A DNA stretch of 64,000 nt from Nemertoderma westbladi (lineage: Eukaryota; Animalia; Xenacoelomorpha), in the NCBI GenBank assembly GCA_032718475.1, contig JAUCBJ010000727.1, positions 13,229-77,228 of the forward strand. Direction: 5' to 3'. Positions 36,022 to 50,922 of the stretch are shown in pieces. The first letter of the stretch is position 1. Every line of letters begins with the position of its first letter. The position numbers and the translations under genes are program-made. Below the pieces are notes generated by a model. The model worked only from the letters and a program-made list of their open reading frames with translations. It made no database searches and had not been told where the DNA came from.

Positions 36022-36313
36022 CAATATGCAAAGCCAGGTGGTTTATAGGAATATAATAAACGCAGTACTCGTTTTCATTATAAGCCTCGTTGCGTTCGTC
36101 CTGTTTTGTATTTAAATATATTTCTTAAACGCAGGCTAGGACGTTCTTTATAATAATAATAACTAGGGATGCGATCAATATGTGAAGCCAGGTGGTTTAT
36201 ATAATAATTTAGTCAACGCAGTACTCGTCTTCATTATATGCCTCGTTGCGCTCGTCGCTTGTCCTGTTTTGTTATAAAATATTTTTCCTAAACGCAGACT
36301 GACGATCTTTATA
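36022..36313. repeat. Diverged direct duplication of about 135 bp
   Basis: AAGCCAGGTGGTTTATA...CGCAGTACTCGT.TTCATTATA.GCCTCGTTGCG.TCGTC occurs at about 36022-36152 and 36176-36313. Confidence 0.7.
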
Positions 36314-37189
36314 CAGTTATAACTATACGAAGTTTCGAAACTGTGCGAGTAACTGTTGATACATCTATGTATGTGGAGATGTGTGATACAACGCCAACGC
36401 ATCGTATGCTGATGTAGTAATATGGGTATTGAAATAATATTAAATTAATGTACACTCTTAAAGCTGCAGCGAAAAAATGTAGCTAATTTCCTAGGTTACA
36501 TATAAAATAATAATATTATTTTTAAGAACATTAATTTTACTACTTTGCAAAAATTCAATTAAAAAATAACCAGACATATACATTGTGGAATAAACTATTT
36601 CAGAAGCCTACACAACAGCCATGCCATGGATTGTATTTATGTTATTTTATCTGTCATTTACCTGAGATAGCAATACAACACTTATAGTAGAGTCAATGTT
36701 GGGATGTTGGATTTAAAGAATGAATGCTGTCTGGGCTGGAATAGCAATACTGGTTGCCTATTACTATTCCTCTCTGGTTAGTCTACAGCCTCAACTCCCA
36801 GCCAGCTAGCTCCACACCAGCAGAGACTTGACCAATAATCATTCCCAGCAACTAGCTGCTTTACACACACATCCTTCCATCGTACCAGCATGTTGGCCAA
36901 TAAATGAGCAGTATTTAATGAGAATCAATTTTTTTTGCCGTTTTAATTACTTTAGATCAATTAAAGACACAATTATTAAAGCAAATCACTTGAACTAATT
37001 AAAAACTATAATAGAATGGGGTATGTGGATTACATCTGTATAATTTTTAATTATAATTATTTAAATCTTATACTGTAAAACAATTAATTTCCTTTAAAAG
37101 GCAGGTTGAAAATGGTGTTTTTACCGTAATAACTTAATTAACTAATTAACTGCTATTATCTTAGCTTCTCGAAGGCCACACGGAAATTC

Positions 37190-37370
37190 TACTTGGAAAA
37201 TTTCTAAACTTTTGCCAAACAACATGTGTACCAAGTTTGGATAGATTTCATCAAAGATTGGCCGAGTTATTAACGTTTAAAATTGAACGCGACAGAACGA
37301 CAGAACGACAGGTTGATTAATGGTACCACTACGCTAAGGCTCACTCACTTCGTGGCTCGCCCCACATAAA
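37190..37370 (+). mobile_element. Possible Helentron/DINE-like non-autonomous element 3' end
   Basis: (GACAGAAC)n microsatellite followed by TTCGTGGCTCGCCCCACA, a motif that recurs at about 15367-15384. Confidence 0.35.
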
Positions 37371-39409
37371 GGTAAGGAGAGAGGTGCCATTTATTGCAGA
37401 AATGCACCCACGGAATAAACTAGTTTCATAAAACATAATCTTATATACCGCAATAAATTGGCACCAACATCTGACTACTCTCCCATATAGGTTACACCTT
37501 CACCTTTCGTATACAAATTGCTAGCTACTTCCTCTCAGCCGTGAGTGACCTGGTATTTCCCCTATGTACTAATGAATTATCCCCTTCTATAGTAACGAAT
37601 AACCAAATGCATTGTCCTCACTGTATTATTCTCGGTTATTCTCGTTTATCATGTATTCTCGCTTATTCTCAAATCTGATTGGCTAAACAATAGGGTGATA
37701 TCACTGTATATCACCCAGCTAAAGCCAAAATACCAAATGTAACTAACTATATTAACACTCCTAGTACAAAATTCTAGAACTTACACATTTATTGTTGTGT
37801 TTTGACATTATTTTTTGCACAGTCTTCCCCAAGTTGAAAGAATTTATATCCATTCCCAACTGATTTAAATCACTTTTGTGTCTAATTAGTCGAGTTAATC
37901 TAGCAAAAAACCCATTAGTATTTCGCAATCAATCCGAACCACACATTTTGGATTCTGTATTACCTTATTAATGACCAAAAAAAAGACTATAATATTTTAT
38001 TTTGCGGATCATATGTTTATTCATGGAAATTCTGCGTAAATTTGCATAACACAAGCCAAACAAAAGGAACAGTAGGGAAAAGTAAGTAGCAAATTGGTGA
38101 TGTTCCAGAATAATTTAATTAATTTCACAATAAGCTGTGATTCAATGGGAAATTAGTAATATTTACACTGGCGTGTTACACATTAATTGCTATATCTCGG
38201 AAACTAGAAGTCGCATCCAATTTTTAAATATATCAAAAATTTTACGACATATTAAGGTAACTGTTGTAAAAAAATCAGACATTTCCACTGCAAGGAAATT
38301 TCTTAATTTCCTTTAATGTTAGTGAAGATTTTTCACATAATTAAATTGTGATTACTCTATTGATTTTAGGTGTAATTTATTTATTTGTTTTAGTTTGAAA
38401 ACCGCAATAGTTTATCATATAACAAATAAATTTTTTGGGGATAAGGGTTTTTGAGGTCGATAAATCCGATGGGCGAGGTTACCTCCACCCGTTTAGTAGA
38501 GAAGTTGTGTAAATAAGGTCCTTATATTGTACCAGCAAAATTGGTATTAAAAATGGTTAAATTATTAGACAAATTTAGGTTGCTCTGGAAACTAAATTGG
38601 TAACAATATAGAATTGCATACTTCTGTCAATCGATAGTCATTGGAGTAAAGTTTGTCTGTACCAAATTTGGAGAAAATCCCACCACTAGACCCCTTGTTG
38701 CTATGTAAAATCCATGTTGCTAAGGAAAGAAACAGCAAATTGAAAGTAATCCGCATAATATATTTTTATAGACTTTTTTGGGGGTATTAACAAGGTAATT
38801 TAGAATTAAAAAAAATTGGTTTGGGTGAATTGCGAATTTGTTATGGGTTGACCCCCTTTTTCGGCTAGATTGACTCGCCTAAATAGCACTATAACAGTTG
38901 CCAACCAGGAGCTAATATTGAAGTCCGCACTATACTGTAGTATAGCCTGTGTGACCGTTTTTTGAAAATTTTGCATCATCTTTTCGGTTAGAGTTCCGTA
39001 TAGCACTACATTTATAAATCATATATCATTGATAACATGGCAACATTGAGGAGTTGCAGAACAATATAAAAGTATTATATACTATTCTAGAACATAAATA
39101 CAATAAAAAATTTAATGTTCTAGAACATATAGCTCGATTTTTATTTTATCATAGCTAGTAAATAAAAATGAAATATTTTTAAGTAAATTTCTTAACACTT
39201 CTAAATGAATATTTATATTGAATATGAATAATGAATATGAACATGAATATTTATTTATTTATATTTTTTTTGAGTTTTGAGTTTTTTTATTAAAATTTTT
39301 ATTTTTAGTTTTATCACAAAAAATGCTCACACACTGGCTGTACTACAGTACAGTATTATTACTGCAGTGCCTAAATTCGTCATAAGATGAGTTTCAGCAA
39401 ACCCGGTAC

Positions 39410-42173
39410 CCGGAGACGCACCGACTACCTATCTCTCTCTTGGAGACATAGGGACTACCTCTCTCATTATTGGAGATGTACCGACTACCTCTCTCTCTAT
39501 GAGACATACCTGGCTACCTCTCTCTCTATGAAACATACCTGACTACCTCTCTATCCATGAGACATACCTGACTACCTCTCTCATTATTGGAGATGTACCG
39601 ACTACGACTACCTCTCTCTCTATGAGACATACCTGGCTACACTTCTCTCTTGGAGACATAGGGACTACCTCTCTCATTATTGGAGATGTACCGACTACCT
39701 CTCTCTCTATGAGACATACCTGGCTACCTCTCTCTCTATGAAACATACCTGACTACCTCTCTATCCATGAGACATACCTGGCTACCTCTCTCTCTATGAA
39801 ACATACCTGACTACCTCTCTCTCTATGAGACATACCTGGCTACCTCTCTCTCTATGAGACATACCTGGCTACCTCTCTCTCTATGAAACATACCTGACTA
39901 CCTCTCTCTCTATGAGACATACCTGGCTACCTCTCTCTCTATGAAACATACCTGACTACCTCTCTCTCTATGAGACATACCTGGCTACCTCTCTCTCTAT
40001 GAAACATACCTGACTACCTCTCTCTCTATGAAACATACCTGACTACCTCCCTCTCTATGAGACATACCTGGCTACCTCTCTCTCTATGAGACATACCTGG
40101 CTACCTCTCTCTCTATGAAACATACCTGACTACCTCTCTCTCTATGAGACATACCTGGCTACCTCTCTCTCTATGAGACATACCTGGCTACCTCTCTCTC
40201 TATGAAACATACCTGACTACCTCTCTCTCTATGATACATACCTGGCTACCTCTCTCTCTATGAGACATAGCTGACTACCTCTCTCATTATTGGAGATGTA
40301 CCGACTACCTCTCTCTCTATGAGACATACCTGGCTACCTCTCTCTCTATGAAACATACCTGACTACCTCTCTATCCATGAGACATACCTGGCTACCTCTC
40401 TCTCTATGAAACATACCTGACTACCTCTCTCTCTATGAGACATACCTGGCTACCTCTCTCTCTATGAGACATACCTGGCTACCTCTCTCTCTATGAAACA
40501 TACCTGACTACCTCTCTATCCATGAGACATACCTGGCTACCTCTCTCTCTATGAAACATACCTGACTACCTCTCTATCCATGAGACATACCTGGCTACCT
40601 CTCTCTCTATGAAACATACCTGACTACCTCTCTCTCTATGAGACATACCTGGCTACCTCTCTCTCTATGAGACATACCTGGCTACCTCTCTCTCTATGAA
40701 ACATACCTGACTACCTCTCTCTCTATGAGACATACCTGGCTACCTCTCTCTCTATGAAACATACCTGACTACCTCTCTCTCTATGAGACATACCTGGCTA
40801 CCTCTCTCTCTATGAAACATACCTGACTACCTCTCTCTCTATGAAACATACCTGACTACCTCCCTCTCTATGAGACATACCTGGCTACCTCTCTCTCTAT
40901 GAGACATACCTGGCTACCTCTCTCTCTATGAAACATACCTGACTACCTCTCTCTCTATGAGACATACCTGGCTACCTCTCTCTCTATGAGACATACCTGG
41001 CTACCTCTCTCTCTATGAAACATACCTGACTACCTCTCTCTCTATGATACATACCTGGCTACCTCTCTCTCTATGAGACATAGCTGACTACCTCTCTCAT
41101 TATTGGAGATGTACCGACTACCTCTCTCTCTATGAGACATACCTGGCTACCTCTCTCTCTATGAAACATACCTGACTACCTCTCTATCCATGAGACATAC
41201 CTGGCTACCTCTCTCTCTATGAAACATACCTGACTACCTCTCTCTCTATGAGACATACCTGGCTACCTCTCTCTCTATGAGACATACCTGGCTACCTCTC
41301 TCTCTATGAAACATACCTGACTACCTCTCTCTCTATGAGACATACCTGGCTACCTCTCTCTCTATGAAACATACCTGACTACCTCTCTCTCTATGAGACA
41401 TACCTGACTACCTCTCTCATTATTGGAGATGTACCGACTACCTCTCTCTCTATGAGACATACCTGGCTACCTCTCTCTCTATGAGACATACCTGGCTACC
41501 TCTCTCTCTCTATGAGAAATACCTGGCTACCTCTCTCTCTATGAGACATACCTGACTACCTCTCTCTCTATTGGAGACGTACTGACTACCTTGGAGACGT
41601 ACCCACTATCTCTCTCTCTATTGGAGATGTTCCGACTACCTCTCTCTCTATTGGAGATGTTCCGACTACCTCTCTCTCTCTCTTGGAGACGTACCCACTA
41701 TCTCCCCCATCTCTCTCTCTGAAGACATACCTGGCTACCTCTCTCTCTATGAGACATACCTGGCTACCTCCATCTTTCTTGGAGACATACCCACTATCTC
41801 CTCTCTCTCCCTCTCTCTCTGAAGACATACCTGACTACTACTCTCTCTCTCTTGGAGACATACTGACTACCTCTCACTCTATTGGAGACGTACCGACTAC
41901 TACTCTCTCTTGGAGACGTACCCACTATCTCCTCTCTCTCTCTCTCTCTGAAGACATACCTGGCTACCTCTCTCTCTCTATGAGACATACCTGACTACCT
42001 ATCTCTCTATAAGACGTATCGACAACCTGTCTCTTTATTGGAGACATACTGACTACCTCTCTCATTATTGGAGACATACCGACTACCTCTCTCTCTATTG
42101 GAGACGTACCAACTACCTCTCTCTCCCTATGAGACATATCTGACTACCTCTCTGTCTATTGGAGACGTACTAG

Positions 42174-42209
<36 letters not shown>

Positions 42210-42210
42210 G
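39410..42210. repeat. 29-bp minisatellite (CTACCTCTCTCTCTATGAGACATACCTGG and variants) with 813-bp higher-order duplication
   Basis: About 95 units with homogeneous core and degenerate edges; rare variants recur at +813 (40048/40861, 40231/41044). Confidence 0.95.
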
Positions 42211-45200
42211 GCAATGTATCCGAGCTCGTTTTGGCATCAACACCAACAAGAAAATGATTAGGACAGGCGGGTTTATGATTTCCGGAAAAACAAACGAAAA
42301 GTTTTAGTAGTGTAGTATTGTAGCCTGGCCTATGTATTGCTGCTCCAAATATTGTACGACAATATCCAATTATTTAGGGAAATTGCGAGCATTTGTTGTC
42401 TGCTGTGCCGGCTGTTATTGTTGTTAGCCTTGGGAATCGTGACAAATAATTAAAATATAGAGTAATATCGACTTTATTGTTCGTTTATAATTCATAAGAG
42501 GCGTCGACCAATGCCTCTTAAACAGCATTTCTAAGTGCCGGTATGCCAAGTAATATTAAATGAATCGATTAATAGTTGCAGGCCGGGTAGACTCAATTCT
42601 CTTCATTTCTCCACTAAATTGATTTCACCCCATTGAGAAACTATAATTAAATAATTTCGGGATATTAGCCTACATACCCCATGCAATTTAAGTGACTAAG
42701 CATAGCGAATACTGGGTCTTGAGACTTGAGTGGGTGCAAGGCAAACAATGTTTCTACATTTTCACACAATTTTGCACAATAACTGACTTAAAGAAGATGT
42801 TAACACCATAAATCTCTTACTTTGTTTTTGATAAAAGAACCAGTGGCAATTGAATATTTGTCTGATATGTATATTTGGGGACGGGAAGTTATAATAAAAT
42901 ATTTTAACCAGCTTCATCTTTTCATATAGTTTGGCCTATTTTGTTTAAATATTCATATAATTTTCAAATTAATTAGTAAAAATGTAAGTACTTAGTATTT
43001 CAGGCTAGGTATAGGATTAACAATCAAAACAAACCCCTCAACTCTCACTGCGACCTTATTATCTTTCCAATTCAAGGGAGTTTTTATTACATTAACGTGA
43101 TGGAATCCGTGTAAATTCTTGTTCCAAAATGATACGAGGGCCTCTGGCTATGTGGCTGATCTTACACAACAACTAATTATACTATACACAGGAGCAGGAA
43201 TAATACGAATCGAAGTGCAATTACAAGAGAACACGTGCGAGCACGCCCTAATCAAATCAGTATTCAGGCCTTGAAATACATTGGCCCACGTTTCTTTTGT
43301 GAGCTCATGTATCTGTGCGGGGAATTACGGCGATCTTGTGTTCAGGTTATTTACATTTCATTATACAGCAGCATCGCGAATCCTTCAGTTATCTCTTACG
43401 AGTACGACTCGGCTTACAAGTTGCAGAGCGCATTGCTGATAAATATTCAAATGAAATCTTTAGCAATAAATGGGTATAACGCCGCAATACCCACCCGGTG
43501 GTACTTTTGATGCAGGTTGCAGAGCCAGCCACATAACTTGTGTTTATATCAGGTTCTTGCACAGTGGTGCAGGTTGTGCAAACAATTTGCAAAAACGTTA
43601 CTCATTGCATTTACCAAATAAACTAAATCGAGATCCCATGCGTGGAAGTGGACTGGAAATGTAGCAGTTTGTATAACATCGGTTTGTAGACGAGATTTGT
43701 AAAGTTATACAATAATTAGGTAGGCTGCATTATTGATATGTCTGTCTGGTCTCCGTTAGTTAATCCCTTACCTTAAAGCAATTATGTTGAGGCTTGAGTG
43801 CACTTTTCTGGCAGCGATGTCACATCGACTCGCGCTTTGCATTACGTATCAAATTTACTTATTCCTAAAATAAAGAAACCATTTACAATGAGTGTTCTTA
43901 TTTAAATCATTTCATCATTGTCACTTGTTGGGCGCAATTATTGACTTGATTGTACTTCAATGTTTATTAGTTGTAAAGATAATAATCTTTGTTATCAAGA
44001 ATTTTACATCTGACCAACATGGTTATTTTATTAAAACAATAATCTCCACCACTTCCGCTGTGCTACAGTTTCCTCCCAACTGCGATTTGAATGCAGTATT
44101 TTTGACGAAGCATTCATTTAGTATTGCACCTTTATCACCAGGAGAGCTGGAGAACTGAAGTGGATTCCATTAGCTATTTGGCTGGTCGATGCCTGGAGTA
44201 GGAGGGTTTCAGTAATATTGCTGAGCGATTGAGTTGGTGGATTTGGTGAACCGCCACTTTGCACTAAATCCGGAACCAGGATAAAACTAGATAAACTGGA
44301 ATGCCGTTGAGGCTGGAATTAGAGATAAGACAGCGGTTTGCGGGCCTGTAAACGCTATGCGTCGATATATAAATCCTTTAAAATGTTGAAATAAGTGTTG
44401 TGGGAGCAAATACGAGAAAATGGGACTCTAATTTTCAGCGATCTAGGATTTCGCTTCACGATATCTGACACTTCAGCCATACGGATCCCGCTATGCGCGT
44501 TATGCCGCGTAATCTGTGGTTTCGCGGCGTGGCCCGAGCGTCTAAAGGGTAAAGAAGCTCCAATATGGCTTCACAAGTACGCCCTTATATTCCGGTGGCT
44601 GACAGGCCCATGATCATTAGGGGAAGTACATGTAAACTAGGTAGGTGATGCTAATCTATACCGATACTACAGTGGAAAAGTGAAGTTCTAGTATATAGTG
44701 AGTGAAGTTTGACAAAATCGTTGTCATTAAAGTCAGAAAAATAACATGAAAAATAGAAAGATAATGAGATAACAACATGGATGAGAGTGGCTGCGATAGT
44801 ATATTAAACTGATGTACCGTATGCAATAGCCGAGGGTTTATAAATTGTTCCGATGGTTAAATAACACTTCTGAGGGCCAAATCACCGGTAAAATAACAAA
44901 ACAACAAGGAATAATGGTAATTATTGTCATTGATTTATCTATATTGATGTAGAAACCGGAACAAGGCACCTATTATTCACATAAAAACACCCGGCTCGTT
45001 TAATAAGAAGTATTCCCTATAATAAGTTAAAACAAACATATGAAGTGATTTTGTCAGATAGATAACAAAAACCGCAATTAACGGAAACTTATCTGAGATT
45101 TATTACTTATATTTTAGATTTTGGATGGCTGGTACCGTTAAAATAGTATCTTCTTGAAAAATATCTGAGTTATGCATGACTTTGTATCTATCTATTCTAA

Positions 45201-46187
45201 ATTTTCGACTTTTGAGGAATTTTTTAATAATTAACTTAAAGAATACAGCAAGCAATCAGGTATATGAAAAATCTTCACCAACATTCTGAATTTACTTTCC
45301 AAACAGTTTAATTATAAAAATAATAATTTTTAACAGCCATTTTAATATGTTATAAAGATAATTTTAACAAATCTCAATATTACACACAAATTTCCAAATC
45401 TCCCACGTTAGTTACACGTCTTAGCTCACTCTCCTCGTGATAATGACAAAATGCAATTTGTAAGTCGGTCATTCACATAGCTTATCTGTTATCTGGCTGC
45501 CTTCCCCAGCATTAAAGCCAACCCACAACAATTGAGGATCAATTCTTTTCCCATCTGTTTTACAACGATGCAATGTAGTTTACATTATCATATTATAAAT
45601 TGCCACGAGCGGTTGAAATTCAATAATTAAAAAAATTGAAATACCGTAATAACAAAGGAAAAAAGCTGATCAATCGTGTTTTTGTTATGAAAAATTAGAA
45701 ATGTAAATAAAATTCAAGTCCCTTTTGATACAGTTTAAATTCTGTGAAACAGGAAATATTTTTCTCTATCAATTTCTATATTATTTATTCGTGTTGGGGG
45801 ACGCTAAAATAAACCACTTTAATTTCCCTACTTCCCCGCATAAAAGTCAAACATTGGGCCATTCATAACCTTAGAGTTTATGACTGAACCTTTTGAACAC
45901 ATATAATTGTGAATAACCCGTTAAATATTCGATAACATGATGTAACCTTTCATGTACGGACAATTATTATTGAACCTGATAAATGTTAGCAGTTATTCGA
46001 ACACGGAAATCTACATAGAAGAGAAATTTCTAACTAAATATAAAAAACAAATATACCGACAAAACAATGTCAAGTTGTTAGGCCGAGCCACTACAGACCG
46101 ATTGACCACTCCACAATGATGCTGTTAGTGTCGCCGCTGTAATATATTAGTGATCTGTTGTTCTTTATATTATTAATACTCACTGAC

Positions 46188-46356
46188 CTTGTGTAAATGA
46201 GCTAAGGGCCGCTCCCTCCTGGTCCAGGTAAAGGTTCCCGAATCTGGGCGGTTCTGTTAACCTGTAAGTTATCACGGAGTGATCGCTGTCTGGGTCGTCC
46301 GAACGTAATTCCCGGTCCGTAAAAGTATACCCAACCCGATTGTTTTTATCTTTTAG
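46188..46356 (-). CDS. FREM2: FREM2/ECM3-like gene, coding exon 4 (CSPG repeat)
   Basis: 169 nt, LKDKNNRVGYTFTDRELRSDDPDSDHSVITYRLTEPPRFGNLYLDQEGAALSSFTQ; TTTTAG acceptor and GTCAGT donor, phase 0/1; not in the ORF track. Confidence 0.88.
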
Positions 46357-46829
46357 CTAAAATGTGATAAATAAAATTAAAAGAAATTATCTTCTTCTAT
46401 AAGATAAAAAGTAACGGAAAATTGCACTTTTTGTCACTATAACTTTTATTGACTGGAATTCAGTAAAATAATATCTGAATTTCGGTTAACTGAGATTAGT
46501 GACATGGGGTTCTTTCCGGGACGTTTTTTTCAGTCGGCCTACTGTATTATCATTGAAGCAATTTTTTTACAAAGTTACAATAATTTTCAATATATTACAT
46601 TATTTTTTACGAATTATGTTATAAATAATTATACCAATTCAATCTCAGTCTCGGTGTATTCATATCCCGCCCAATTGTCAAATTATCAATGAAGGGAAAA
46701 GAGCAGGTTACAGTGGCAAGTTATCCCAACCAAAACAATACACTAAATTACTAAACAATGGGGGAAACCAGAACGTTTTGCACTATGTGCTTAAATTTTA
46801 GTGAGAAAAAGTGTATTTTTTAGTTAAAA

Positions 46830-46900
46830 CAGTTACTTAATGGCAGTTACTTAATGGCAGTTACTTAATGGCAGTTACTTAATGGCAGTTACTTCGTGGC
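46830..46900. repeat. 14-bp tandem repeat CAGTTACTTAATGG, about 5 copies
   Basis: Directly visible tandem units. Confidence 0.85.
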
Positions 46901-47056
46901 ACGTAATTCTAAGAAGGTAATAAACCAAAATCAATAACACAGGTTACAGTTAATTATTTGGTGGTAATCCTGTTATTTGCGTCGATTTTCCGCTGGAAAA
47001 GGTTAACTTTAGATTGTGTTAGCCCCCCTCGTATCTGACTCATTAAAACAACGCAC

Positions 47057-48108
47057 CTCCTGCAATGATGAAGCCCCCAAATTAACACCAATCTCCGGAA
47101 CGCCGTCGTTAACGGGTTCTACGTTAATCACCATTGTCTGTGAGGCAGTGGTCGGCTGCATGTACGGAAACACTAGGAACATAACGTGTTTCTCGTCGAC
47201 TACTTTGAAGGTAAACTGATCCTGGAGCGTCTCTGACCCGTCGTGTTGGTACTTTATTCGTTTCTCGTAGATGTCCGACATGTAAATCTCGTGAACATTC
47301 TGAGAGTTTTCGTTCACTATCATCCCGTGCTGTGGCATCTCGTTGATGTAGATCTTAAGATCCTCGTCCGGGGAGTCGCGGTCCTCCACGGAGAGTATCA
47401 GCGGGGTTATAACCGCCCGGTCGCCTTCCTTGATGCTAAACTCTCCGATACGGACTACAGGTCTCACATTGTGAGGGTCGATAATGGCCAACTGGAAGAC
47501 TCGAACCACCGTGCCGTCTGAATCAGAAACGTTAGTCAATTGGAGTTCGATAAAGTCCATCAAATCGACGGATTTCTTCGTGTTCAAGTAAACAAGTTGT
47601 GGCGTAATTCCGACAACTTCGTCGCCGTAGAAAGTGTCAATAGACTCACGGAAGTTACTGTATCTCGCGATAACGCCTTTTGAAGGTATTTTCGATAGAG
47701 TGAATCTATAATTGGCCGCGTTTTCGCCTAAGTCTCCATCTTTTGGAAGCAGGTCGGTTATGGGCAGGACGTTTTTCCAGAGTGGCGCCCGTCCATCCTC
47801 TCCGATTTCTATGCCGTGCTGCACCAGCGGCGATGCCGTTGAGCCCTTCTTCACGCGGATCCGGAAGTAGCGGTTGGCGAGGACGTTGACACCATCCGAG
47901 AGGTTAAACTGTATGACATCATCGCCGGTTCGTTGGCGATTGATGTGGAAGTATTGAATGTTGCGACTGTCGATATCGGCCTGGGTGAAGGAGTCGCCGC
48001 TATGGATGGGACGGATGACGGTGCCGTTATTCGCGAGCAATTGGAGGACTCCGATTTGCGGTTCTCTCGTTAGAATAAAGGTGATATTGGAATCAAAAGA
48101 ATCGATAT
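47057..48108 (-). CDS. FREM2: FREM2/ECM3-like gene, coding exon 3 (CSPG repeats)
   Basis: 1052 nt from (D)IDSFDSNITFILTREPQIG through FTQADID..IQYFH, VEDRDSPDEDL, YQHDGSETLQDQFTF and VNDGVP to GASSLQE; TTTCAG and GTGCGT sites, phase 1/0. Confidence 0.93.
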
Positions 48109-48254
48109 CTGAAATTTAAATAACAAATAAAATATGAATCAGGTTTCAATTCAGGTTTATTACTAACAGTTAAAATATGTAAGACTACCATTTTGTTAAA
48201 TAAATACTTATTGGACGCGGAAAATTTTATAATAAGAAATAGGAGTCGTTTTGT

Positions 48255-48560
48255 TATAATGTTGAAAATCTTAATATAGTGCGATTCCACCCATAAAAAA
48301 GTTTATCAGTGAACTTGAACCAAGAAACACCAGAGGCAACCAGGAGGCACATCTGTCAAGGCAGATGCCCAAGGCAAGGAGGGCACCACACTAACTCCAA
48401 GGTTGAATACTCCGCAACGACCCAACCCTTTTCTCTACAACCCCAGCAGATTACCATATCGATGATTGGGTAACTAGATAGGAACACGTAACTGCCTTCG
48501 CACGGGTTCGAACCCGGCATCCCCAACTAGGAGTATAGAGAGACAACTCTGTAAAGGGCG
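48255..48560 (-). mobile_element. Probable tRNA-derived SINE
   Basis: Pol III B-box GGTTCGAACCC near the 5' end (about 48505-48515), about 300-bp body, 3' end GCACTATATTAAGA plus AT-rich tail; A-box not clearly seen. Confidence 0.5.
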
Positions 48561-49937
48561 GATTATAATCAATTGTAAATGTTAGATGTTAATGTGTAGC
48601 GAAAATATGGGCAGAATTAATGACACCCATCTTTTGATGAGAAATATGCATTTTGGAAATATAAAAATGTTAAATCTGCATTTTTCCACATTAAAAAAAT
48701 AATCACCCCTAAAATGTATTTGAATTTGCTAATCGTGTTGGAGACAAATTATCATATTACACTTGCTGTCATGATATAACCCAACACCCCATCACTATGC
48801 ATTGGCTTTACTTCATATTACTGTCCTGGGCAAATCGGTGAAAACCATTCAAAAAAATGAACAACCACAACCAAACGTATAATGACGGTTCATTAAAATG
48901 ACAAACAAACGAAAAAACATTAGAATCCCGTAGCTTCAGTAGCTACTGTATATCCTAGTAGAAGCCGACCGGAACGTCCACTATAACAGTTTGAGAGAGG
49001 CATTTCCGCTAGGAGTCAGGGCTCAGGACTACATCCAAGATTTACTCATCAAAAATGTATGATAAAGGGATTTGTGATTTACGATAAAGCTGATAGCACA
49101 ATATGGTGAGGATAAAGCTGGTGTGTCAGAGTGACAAGAGATATGAGAGTATTGGTAATTGCCAATTTCAAATGGCACATTTCATTAATTGTATTGCGAA
49201 TTGGAAAAAATGTTGCCCGATTAAGCTGAGTAACTTGATATACACAACAGAATTGTTATGATAATAAATTATAGATGCTTCGATCACTGTGCCTTAAAAA
49301 TAGTTTTCTATTAAATTTTCGTTACATATTATAAACAAATACAAGTAATAAGAATAAGATTATCTTATTTACTCGAATAAGAGCCTGGGCGTTTAAGTTG
49401 ATAAATAGCCAAATGGGGAGGCGTTTATTCGAGGAGGGCGTTTATTCGGGGAAGACGTTTGGCGTTTATTCGGGGAGGGCGCCAATGAAGTTCAGCATAT
49501 TGGCCATGCACAGTTCCACTTGTAGGAGTTTTGTTTAACATGGGCTGAAGTATGGATTAGGGGGTCCTTACATACACGGTAAGCCATGTTAAACACCAAT
49601 TAATCTCCATTATCTAGACCAAATGTCTTTTAGAAGATGTTTCAGGAATATCAACGGCTAACCACCACGTTTTCTCTTACCGGCAGGGTGGTGCCAGCAG
49701 GGTGGTGCTGGGTCGTGGTACAAGGGTGTTGCTACCTAAATTGTACAATAAGTAGTTTGTCAATAGAGCATCGAATACATTTAGAATAAACAATAAAATG
49801 AAGAAATTAAATCTGAATTCCGCTCAACGGTCAATTCTGAATTCAGATTTCTTCAACGAAATGTTCAGGAGACGCACAAAGACAAATAACCTAAAATCGC
49901 TCTACCGCACAGGCCAATTTATCTATAGATTGCTCAC

Positions 49938-50218
49938 CTGACGCCTTCAGACATTGTTTGGATATCCTTTCGGCCTCATCGTAGTTGACCCGAAGGCCGT
50001 TGTTTATAACAAGTCTTGGAGGTTCATCATCAATGGGTTGTACGAATATGGTTATTCTAGCTGTCGCTAAGTGAACCGTGTCGTTTACAGCTATCATCAA
50101 GCTATCCTTGTTGGATGACTCCGAACTGTCGTGCTGATAAATCAATTGGGGTTTAGAGTTTCTCATAAAATATCGAATGTCCAATTCTCCATTTTGTATT
50201 TCCTTTTTTTCATTATCG
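49938..50218 (-). CDS. FREM2: FREM2/ECM3-like gene, coding exon 2 (CSPG repeats)
   Basis: 281 nt, DNEKKE...LIYQHDSSESSNKDSL...VQPIDDEPPRLVINNGL...CLKAS; TTATAG and GTGAG sites, phase 2/1. Confidence 0.92.
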
Positions 50219-50894
50219 CTATAACAAAATAAAGAGATTATGGAAATGTTATAGTTATCAATGTGAATAAAGACTGACTGACACATTGTATATGTGTACT
50301 ATTGAATAAAATTTTAAGCATCGCATAAAAGGGAAGAATCGTCCATAGTGGAAATGGATGAGCGATTGAGAATATATGGTTAGTATTAGTTTCACGATTA
50401 CTTGGCAGGCCAGCTGATTGAATTTTAGTTAGACAGAATACTTTTGTTGACTTTCTGGTACTAAGTGTACTGAAATGTACTCTTTTATAATAATAATATA
50501 ATTGTTGTATTTAATTCAACCTTGATTTAATTAATATCGTGGTTTACATTGAACAGTGTAAATTGTTAATCGCGGTTCACATTGAAAAATACTACTTCTT
50601 GTGCGCGATTGTATTGAATTCATGACAACTGCTGTTATTATTATTAATCAATTGACACCTCGACTCCTCTCTGACTACTCTATCCGATAGAATAAAATAA
50701 TCATTTCGCTAACAGCTCTCTATCTTCTATAATCACAACAGCTGTTATAATTCATTAGATGATTACAACATAATAATTACAGTTTGAAGTTGTCTAGAAA
50801 ATTTCTTGTACACCACCGGGACTACCCTCACACTAATTGATTATCAGACAGAACAAAAAGCTTTTACTTGACTCGTACTGTCTCCTACGACTTG

Positions 50895-50922
50895 CTTCAC
50901 GGGCCGCTAGGCCCGCCTCTAG
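50895..50922 (+). mobile_element. Possible Helitron 3' terminus
   Basis: GC-rich hairpin CGGGCC-GCTA-GGCCCG followed shortly by CTAG|T; 5' end not identified. Confidence 0.35.

Noticed and set aside
44100-44620. Possible LINE remnant (minus frame SSPGDKGAILNECFVKN)
   Set aside because: Only one short weak motif; too degenerate to classify.
48480-48560. tRNA gene suggested by GGTTCGAACCC
   Set aside because: No cloverleaf or acceptor stem; better explained as a SINE head.
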